From an uncultured Phycisphaerales bacterium (GTDB taxonomy: Bacteria > Planctomycetota > Phycisphaerae > Tepidisphaerales > Tepidisphaeraceae): a stretch of 64,000 nucleotides of DNA. The translations under genes were made by a program, and so were the position numbers. Below the pieces are notes generated by a model. That model had not been told where the DNA came from. It did no database searches and saw only the letters and a program-made list of their open reading frames with translations. Shown piece after piece: positions 56,959 to 64,000 of the stretch (its first letter is position 1; each line of letters starts with the position of its first letter). The stretch is from NCBI GenBank assembly GCA_963844715.1, contig CAWJPJ010000008.1:608001-672000 (forward strand). Direction: 5' to 3'.

Positions 56959-59900
56959 CTAATTGATGCCGCCGTCGCCGTTGACCTGCCCGAGCTGGTT
57001 GTAGCAATCGTTGAGCAGGCTGGTGACGTTGTTATAGAGCACGCCGTTGCTCGCGTTGGCGTTGACCGCGACCATCATCTGGGTGACGCTGATCGTGGAA
57101 TTATTCGCCACGCCGAACGCGGCGCCGTTGGTTCCAACGTCGAACGTTGCATCGCCCAGGCCATCGGTTGTCGGGACGAATCCGAAGGAGACCCCGGCGC
57201 TCCGCCCAGGCCCAGTGTGGAGGAATAGATGTTCAACGCCGTCGCCATGACCTGCGCGTTGTTCTTCTGGCCGGAGACGTCGTAGTACGACATATACTTT
57301 GTGGCCACGGTCTCGGCGGTCTTATTGCCGAGGATCGACCCGCCGAACAGGTTCGGATACGTCGTCGCCAGCCAGTTGCCCAGCGTGGTGCTCGTCGAGC
57401 CGCCGAAATCCTTGATCAGTGTCTGCCCGAGGCTCGACCAGAAGAGCATGGTGGCGCTTTCGTCATCCACGTCGTCATGGAGCCCGGCGTTGTCGGCGCT
57501 GATGAGCCGATTCTGAGCCGAGTAGAAGATATTGCTGCCCGCGGGCCCGAGCTGGTTGATCGCGGCGCCGCAGACGAAGTCGATCTGATAGTAATTGTTC
57601 GGAATCGTTACCGTCAGCGTGTGCGTACCGGACGAGTACGTGCCGGTTGCCACCTGGAATTCGGTCTGCTCGCTGGCGTCGGAAGCGTTGAAGACCGGAT
57701 CGGGGGCGTTATAGGAGACCAAGGTGTAGGTCATCGGTGCGCCCGTCGGCACCGTAAAGGTAACGGTCACCGTTTCGCCCTGGGCAGTTGCGCCGCGCAG
57801 GTCGGTTACCGTCGTGGTCGCGCAACCACCGCCGCTTAACTGGAAGCTGAAGCAGGTCGGCATGCAGTTGCTTTCCTGGTAGTTGTCGAAGTTGAGGCCG
57901 GTGACTTTCTGCCCAGCGGCCACACTGATGCCGTAATAATCCGGCAGCGTCGGAGCGGTTTCGATATATCCGCTAGGTGTCACCTCCACAACGATGTACT
58001 TACCGGGCGGGACGTTCGTGAAGGAATAGGTCCCGTTCGCGGCGGAAGTGGTTGTCGCGTAAAGCGTGTCGCCGGTATCGTAAATTCCGTCGCCGTTCAC
58101 ATCCTTGTAAAGCTGGACCGTCACGCCTGACAGGTCCGTATCGTCGCTCGTCAGTCCGTTTCCGGTGAGGTCCTTGTACACCGTTCCGCTGATGCTGTCC
58201 GTGAGCGGCACGATTTCGCCGAAGTTGTAATTCAACCCGCTGCCGGCGGAGACAACCATGACGGAACTGACCGCACCAACAGCCGCTGTGCCGCCGAGCG
58301 TCCCCGCGTTGGCGGTCTCGCCGGTGTAACCGGCGGGCTGGGTCTCGGTCACCGTGTAAGTGCCCGGGGCCAGACCCGTGAAGGAATAGGTGCCGTTGGA
58401 AGCCGTGGTCGTGGTGGCGGACACAGAATTGCCCGCTCCGTTGGTTCCCGTCAGCGTGACGGTCACGCCCGACAGTCCGGTATCGCCGGCGTCGAACGTG
58501 TCGTTGCTGTTGTTGTCAACGTAAACGGTGCCCGCTATCGAGCCGGGCAGGTATTGGCCGAAGTTGTAATTCGTGCCTGCTTCGCCGGAGGTCACGGTCA
58601 CAGTGCTGACCTTCTCCGTTCCGGCGGTTCCGCCCAGGGAGCCGACGTCGCCGGCTTCAGCGGTGTATCCGGCGGGCAGAGTCTCGGTCACGGTGTAACT
58701 ACCGGGCGCCAAACCTGTAAAGGAATACGTCCCGTTGGCCGCCGTGGTAGTGGTCAGCGTGACGGGATTCCCAAGGCCGTTGGTGCCGGTGAGGGTGACG
58801 GTAACGCCGGCGAGTCCGGGTTCGGAATTGTCGACGTCGTTGCCGTTGAGATCGTTGTAGGCGGTTCCGGAAATGGAACTGGCCTGATACTCGGCTAAGT
58901 CGTAGCCCGTGCCTGTTTCGCCGGAGGTGACGGCGATGTGACTGATCAGGGCGATGCCGGCGGTGCCGCCCAGGGAGCCGACGTTAGCGTTTTCGGGGGT
59001 GTAGCCGGCAGGGACGGTTTCCGTGACCGTGTAGAGTCCTGGGGCCAGGCTGGTGAAGGAATAGCTGCCGTTGGAAGCGGTCGTGGTGGTCAGGTCCACG
59101 GCAGCGCCGGAGCCGGTGGTACCGGTGAGGGTGATGGTCACGCCGCCGAGGCCCGCATCGCTGCTCTTGTAGACGTCGCAGCCGCTGGCGTCGATGTACT
59201 TGATGCCGGAGATGCAGCTGGCCTGGTACTCAGCAAAGTCGTAAGCCGTGCCGGCTGCGCCGGCGGTTAGGGTGATGTTGCTGATTTGGGCGGTTCCGGC
59301 GGTGCCGCCGGCGGAGCCGACGTCGCCGTTTTCGGGGGTATAGCCGGCCGGCACGGTTTCAGTGACGGTGTAGATTCCGGCGGCCAGACTGGTGAAGGAG
59401 TACGCGCCGTTGGAGGCGGTGGTGGTGGTCAGGTCGACCGCGCCGCCGGTGCTGGTGGTGCCGGTGAGGGTGATGGTCACTCCGCCGAGGCCCGCATCGC
59501 TGCTCTGGTAGACGTCGGAGCCGTTGGCGTCGATGTACTTGATGCCGGAGATCGAAGAGTTCTGAGGGGGCACGTCTCCGAAGTCGTAATTGACGCCGGC
59601 GCTGCCGGAGCCGAGAGTGATCGAACTGACGACGCCGGTCCCCGCGGTGCCGCCCAGCGAGCCAACATTGGCTTTTTCGCCGGTGTAACCTGCGGGTTCG
59701 GTCACGGTGAGCATGTAGATGCCGGGGGCCAGACCGGCGAAGGAATAGCTGCCGTTGGAAGCGGTGGTGGTGGTGAGGTCGACGGCACTGCCGGCGCCTG
59801 TGGTGCCGGTGAGGGTGATGGTCACGCCGGCAAGGCCCGCATCGGTCGCGAGGTAGGTGTCGCTGGCAGTGGGGTCGACGTATTTAATGCCGGAGATCGA

Positions 59901-61574
59901 ACCGGTCTGATACTCGGCGAAGTTGTAGCTGGTGCCTGTTTCGCCGGAGGTGACGGTGATGTTGCCGATCTGTGCGGTGCCGGCGGTGCCGCCGAGGGAG
60001 CCGACGTCGCCGTTTTCGGGGGTGTATCCGGCAGGCACGGTCTCAGTGACCGTGTAGACTCCCGGCGCCAGGGCGGTGAAGGAATAGCTGCCGTTGGAAG
60101 CGGTGGTGGTGGTCAGGTCCACGGCACTGCCGGAGCCGGTGGTACCGGTGAGGGTGATGGTTACGCCGCCGAGGCCCGCATCGCTGCTTTGGTAGACGTC
60201 GGAGCCGTTGGCGTCGATGTACTTGATGCCGGAGATCGATCCGGGCTGGTACTCCGCGAAATTGTAATTGGTGGCTGCTTGACCGGAGGTCAGGTTGATA
60301 CCGGTGACTATCGCGGGGCTGGCGGTACCGGTCGAAGAACCGACGTTGGGGTTTTCGACAACGTACCCGGCCGGCGCGGTTTCGGAGAGGGAATAGATCC
60401 CTGGAGCCAGACCGCTGAAGGAGTACGCGCCGTTACGCGCCGGTGACCGTTGTCTCGGTGACGGAATTGCCGAGCCCATCCTGACCTGTGAGGGTCATGG
60501 TGACGCCGGCGAGACCCAGATCGGCGGCCTGGTAGGTGTCGGAGCCGTTGGCGTCGACGTATTTGATTCCGGAGACCGAGGCAGGGAGATAGTCGGCGAA
60601 ATCGTAGCCGGTGGCGTTGTCACCGCCGGTTTCGTTAGGATCGAGATTGATATTAGTGATGGAGTTGGTGCCCGGAGCCCCGACGGTTCCGCCGTCAGTT
60701 CCCGCGGAATCCTGGCCGTCGTCGTACCCCGCGGGCGGGGTTTCGCTGAGGGTATAAGTCCCCGGGTTAAGCATGGAGAAGGTATAGGCGCCGGAGACTC
60801 CGTTGATGGTGCTGGTGGTGGTGGTTTCCAGGACGGGATTGCCGTTGTCGTCGGTTCCGCTAAGTGTGATGGAGACTCCGTTGATTCCCGGCTCGCCGGC
60901 GTCCTGGACGCCGTTGTCGTTGAGGTCGTTGTATTTGACGCCGGAGATGCTGTCGAGTTCCGGGATCGCCCCCAGCACGCCCTTGGTGTCGCCGCTGAAA
61001 TCGACGCTGAAGCCGGGATCGCCCGGGTTCACATCGGTGAAGGTCGAGTTCTCGCTGTTGAGGACCAAACCGACGTCCTGCCCGGCAAACATTCCGTTGG
61101 TAAGCAGTTCGCCGCCGGTGGCGGTGAATCGGAAGTCGTAGGTGGCGGTGCCGTCGCCGTTGTCCTGGTAGCCGAATTGGGTGACGGTCCCAGAGATGAG
61201 GGTTCCGCTGAAAACCAATTCGCTCGGATCGTCGATGTCGCCGGTAACGGTCAAATCCATCGGGGCATGCCGCTGCCGGCGAGGCTGCCGTCGTTGTTAA
61301 CCGAGATGTTGAGGGAGAGATCGGTCGGATCGTTGACGGGATCCACTGTTCCATCGGGGAAGATGATCGCGACCGGCGTGGAATCGGCGACGAAGGCCTT
61401 GGTCGAAGCCGTGTAGGTCAATCCGCCGCCGCCCGCATAAGCGATTGCCGGAACGTTGGGCAGAACCCCAAGAAGCGACAGCATCTGCCGCTGCTCGAGA
61501 GATTCCAGAAGCATGATATCGGAACGCGACCGACGCTTGGTCTGCCGACCTTTTCGGCAACTGGCAATCTGCAT
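56959..61574 (-). CDS. Giant exported protein with tandem SdrD-B/Cna-B-like repeats (indels near 61262, 60436 and 57190)
   Basis: LLESLEQRQMLS planctomycete export motif; about nine SISG.KY.D...GV.ITLTG...GSYSF..L.PG.Y...E repeats; about 1540 aa when joined. Confidence 0.85.
58210..60590 (-). repeat. Intragenic tandem repeats of about 340 bp
   Basis: Near-identical blocks, e.g. 59055-59160 vs 60075-60180, and 59461-59553 vs 60144-60238. Confidence 0.85.
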
Positions 61575-61722
61575 AACGTCTCCCTCACTAAAAGTTAATC
61601 ACGACATCTGATCCGCGCATCGATTCACTCGAATCGTCGCGGTCTCCGTGCGCACACGCGCTTGACAACTATTTGATAACTGCCCTACGCCCCAAAAGTC
61701 GCAAAAGCAAATCGCAATTTCT

Positions 61723-62400
61723 TCAAGCTCGGCGCCGACGACGAGCAATGCCAAGCACGGAGCACAGCATCAAAACACCCGACGATGGCTCGGGGAAAAC
61801 GTTTGCCGTGTCGCTCAGAGAACTTTTCGTGGTGAAATTTTCGGTAAAGATGGGAGCGTTACCTGACCCCGTCTCGTTGGTGGGGCCGAAAATGATCGCG
61901 CCGATCGCCGAGCCCGTCGGGAACGCCGTGCCGTTCGAATCCTGAATAAACGCGAATTCAAAATCAGCGCCGGCATTGGTGTCGCTGGGTCCGAAACCGA
62001 ATTGGGTCAGAGTCGTCGAGTCGATATAGTCCGTCGCGCTTCCGCCGGTGGGCGTTCCTTTCACGACCAGGCTGTCGTTATCCCCGACAGGAAGCTGCGC
62101 TTTCGGAATCGCCTGAACCTGTCCGCCCACGATCTGCAAATAGGCCGTCAGATCAAACGTGCTGCTGCCGGAAGTCATGCTGACGTGAGAAGAGGCGGTA
62201 GTGAACCACGACTGGAAATCCGTGCTCGTGATTGAAAAAACTCCGACGTTGGTCCCGGCGTTGTACGTGTAATTGAACGTAAAGAAATTACAGTCCGCAT
62301 CCGGATACACCTGCGTCAAATTCAACGATTGAGCGCGTGCAATCCCTGAGATCATCAGCATCAGTAGAAATGCCCACCCGAAACCCCAAAATCGGCGCAT
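61723..62400 (-). CDS. PEP-CTERM-like surface protein (FPEP variant)
   Basis: Signal peptide ending ARA; C-terminal VFPEPSS, TM helix and RRRRR. Confidence 0.8.
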   Translation of the reverse strand: MRRFWGFGWAFLLMLMISGIARAQSLNLTQVYPDADCNFFTFNYTYNAGTNVGVFSITSTDFQSWFTTASSHVSMTSGSSTFDLTAYLQIVGGQVQAIPKAQLPVGDNDSLVVKGTPTGGSATDYIDSTTLTQFGFGPSDTNAGADFEFAFIQDSNGTAFPTGSAIGAIIFGPTNETGSGNAPIFTENFTTKSSLSDTANVFPEPSSGVLMLCSVLGIARRRRRA

Positions 62401-63090
62401 GATCCTCTCCCTCTCTCCATGGGATTTTCAAAAAAGAAGAGAAAATCCCCGCCACGGTTCGACAACTTTTTACGAAATGAAAGCCCTTACCACGGTAAAA
62501 ACCCTACCCAGGTAGTGTCGCTCATGGGTGGTTATTATGTCAAGAATATTCATCAGGAAAGATGGATTAATTTCTTATAACTCTGTCCTATCCTTTTGCA
62601 AATTCAAGAGGATATGGCATTTTGGGGTAGTTCGGGGCCGTATCGATTTGTCGTATTCCGCGCTATCACTGTCGCAAATTGGGAGAGCAAGGCTCTGATA
62701 GGCGATTTTTCGGAAGGAATCCCCAATTCTGCGAAAATCGGTTCGCCAACCAGGTGGCTCTTTTACCCAATCCGACCGTTCGCGCCGACCAGAAGTCCGC
62801 CCATTAAAGGCGGCTGCGCAAGGGCAGCTCGGTAGATCTTTTGCACCTGGTCGCTCGCCCAATCGATCGTGTCTTTATACTTTTGCTCGGCGAAGATTGT
62901 AAAATCTACATTCACGATGTGAAAATAGGAGGCCGTTGCGCGAGGCGTGCGGAAAGGACTGGGTCGCGGCAGCCAGCCGCAAGTATATCAATCGAACGCC
63001 GGCCTGCTCCCGCCGAGCCCTCCTCCCGCTTCTTGACTTCCCCCGTCCGGTCGGCAGAATGCTCCCTCCCAAAACTCCCGGAGCTGGCCC

Positions 63091-63399
63091 ATGTACGCGA
63101 TTATCGATGATGGTGGAAGGCAACATAAGGTCTCGGCTGGAGATGTGATCAACATCGATCGGTCCGAAACCGACGAAAAAACTCTCACCTTCGATCGAGT
63201 CCTCCTCATCGCGGGGGACGGATCGCCGAAGATCGGCGCGCCAACCGTCCCTGGAGCAACCGTCAAGGCCGACGTCATTGGCGAAATCAAGGGAAAGAAA
63301 ATCGACACCATCAAGTACCGCCGCCGCAAGGGATATCACAAGAAGATCGGCCACCGGCAGACTCTTCTGGCCGTGAAGATCACCGCGATAAACGTATAG
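63091..63399 (+). CDS. rplU: 50S ribosomal protein L21
   Basis: MYAIIDDGGRQHKV...KYRRRKGYHKKIGHRQ. Confidence 0.96.
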   Translation: MYAIIDDGGRQHKVSAGDVINIDRSETDEKTLTFDRVLLIAGDGSPKIGAPTVPGATVKADVIGEIKGKKIDTIKYRRRKGYHKKIGHRQTLLAVKITAINV

Positions 63400-63410
63400 C
63401 TGTCAAACCG

Positions 63411-64000
63411 CTAAGGTTTCGGATTTTCCTCAGGCGTAATCGGCAGGCATTGACCCCCGACCAGGTGAATTGAGTTTCGCCCCGACCTCTTCGCCCCGAA
63501 CATCAGTTGCTTATCCGCCGCGTCGATTAAACCATTCGCATCCTGCGCATCCCACGGACAGACGGCAATTCCTCCGCTGATCGTCAAAGTTCCTTTGCCA
63601 TGATGGCCCAGACCGGGGTAATCGTGCGTCGCCAGCAGGCGGCGGAATCGATTCAGAATTTCCTGGGTCTCCTGCGGCGTGCGCCCGGCAGCGGGGGGAG
63701 CCTTGGGATCACGCGGCTGGCGCGGGCCCTCTATTTCCCAAAAAACCACCGCAAATTCGTCCCCGCTGATGCGCGCCACCAGATCGTGATCGCGCACGCA
63801 CCGGCGCATCAGCGTCGCGGTCTGCTTTAAAATCTCATCGCCCACGCAGTGCCCAAATTGATCGTTGTATTTCTTGAAATTGTCGATGTCGAAAAGAAAC
63901 AGTGTGACGGGGAAGCGCATCACCTTGGCTTTGTCGATGGTTTTCGCCAGAAAATGCCGGAAATATCGGCCATTTGCCAGCCCGGTCAGGTCGTCAGTGA
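63411..64000 (-). CDS. GGDEF-domain protein (5' partial; SGDEF variant)
   Basis: TDDLTGLAN, DIDNFKKYNDQFGH, RDHD I-site, ISGDEF, TISGGIA, AKRSGRN. Confidence 0.88.
   Translation of the reverse strand, partial: TDDLTGLANGRYFRHFLAKTIDKAKVMRFPVTLFLFDIDNFKKYNDQFGHCVGDEILKQTATLMRRCVRDHDLVARISGDEFAVVFWEIEGPRQPRDPKAPPAAGRTPQETQEILNRFRRLLATHDYPGLGHHGKGTLTISGGIAVCPWDAQDANGLIDAADKQLMFGAKRSGRNSIHLVGGQCLPITPEENPKP

Noticed and set aside
57900..60960. CRISPR-like periodic repeats
   Set aside because: The units are ~340 bp in-frame protein domains, with no short repeat/unique spacer structure and no cas genes.
62518..62546. dif-like site (TTATGTCAAGA resembles an XerD arm)
   Set aside because: No XerC arm at the 6 bp spacing; better explained as a TTGACA -35 box on the minus strand.
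62401..63090. Small RNA or replication origin in the long divergent intergenic region
   Set aside because: No DnaA-box cluster or clear structure seen; consistent with two promoter regions.

Overview
A GC-rich bacterial chromosomal segment, most likely from a planctomycete. This assignment is inferred from a planctomycete-type ECF sigma/Ser-Thr kinase pair, a LEPR-XLL-type (LESLEQRQMLS) exported repeat protein and PEP-CTERM proteins. Most of the window is housekeeping: mlaF/mlaD-like genes, thrS-infC-rpmI-rplT, pldA, glpK, pyrG, kdsB, comF, flgM, argJ, lexA, rnpB, tsaE, glcF/glcE, ino1, murA, mqnD, DUF1800/DUF1501, prkA/yeaH, a glucose dehydrogenase/GH63 pair, rplU and a GGDEF protein. About 20 genes, including essential ones, carry small frameshifts that are best read as sequencing or assembly indels, and many of these fall at GCGC. 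No tRNA, rRNA, CRISPR array, transposase or prophage was found. The most notable observations are: (1) a ~10.5 kb surface-glycosylation locus with two tandem GT-C-like paralogs, a YfhO-like protein apparently fused to a zincin-like domain lacking its zinc ligands, a GT2-TPR gene and a PEP-CTERM gene; (2) microsatellite-armed palindromes that abut or supply stop codons; (3) a densely base-paired ~400 nt candidate RNA upstream of prkA; (4) an attenuator-like leader and AUU start for infC; (5) candidate LexA operators; (6) repeated leaderless-mRNA promoter architecture. All family calls come from motif recognition by eye, with no database searches.
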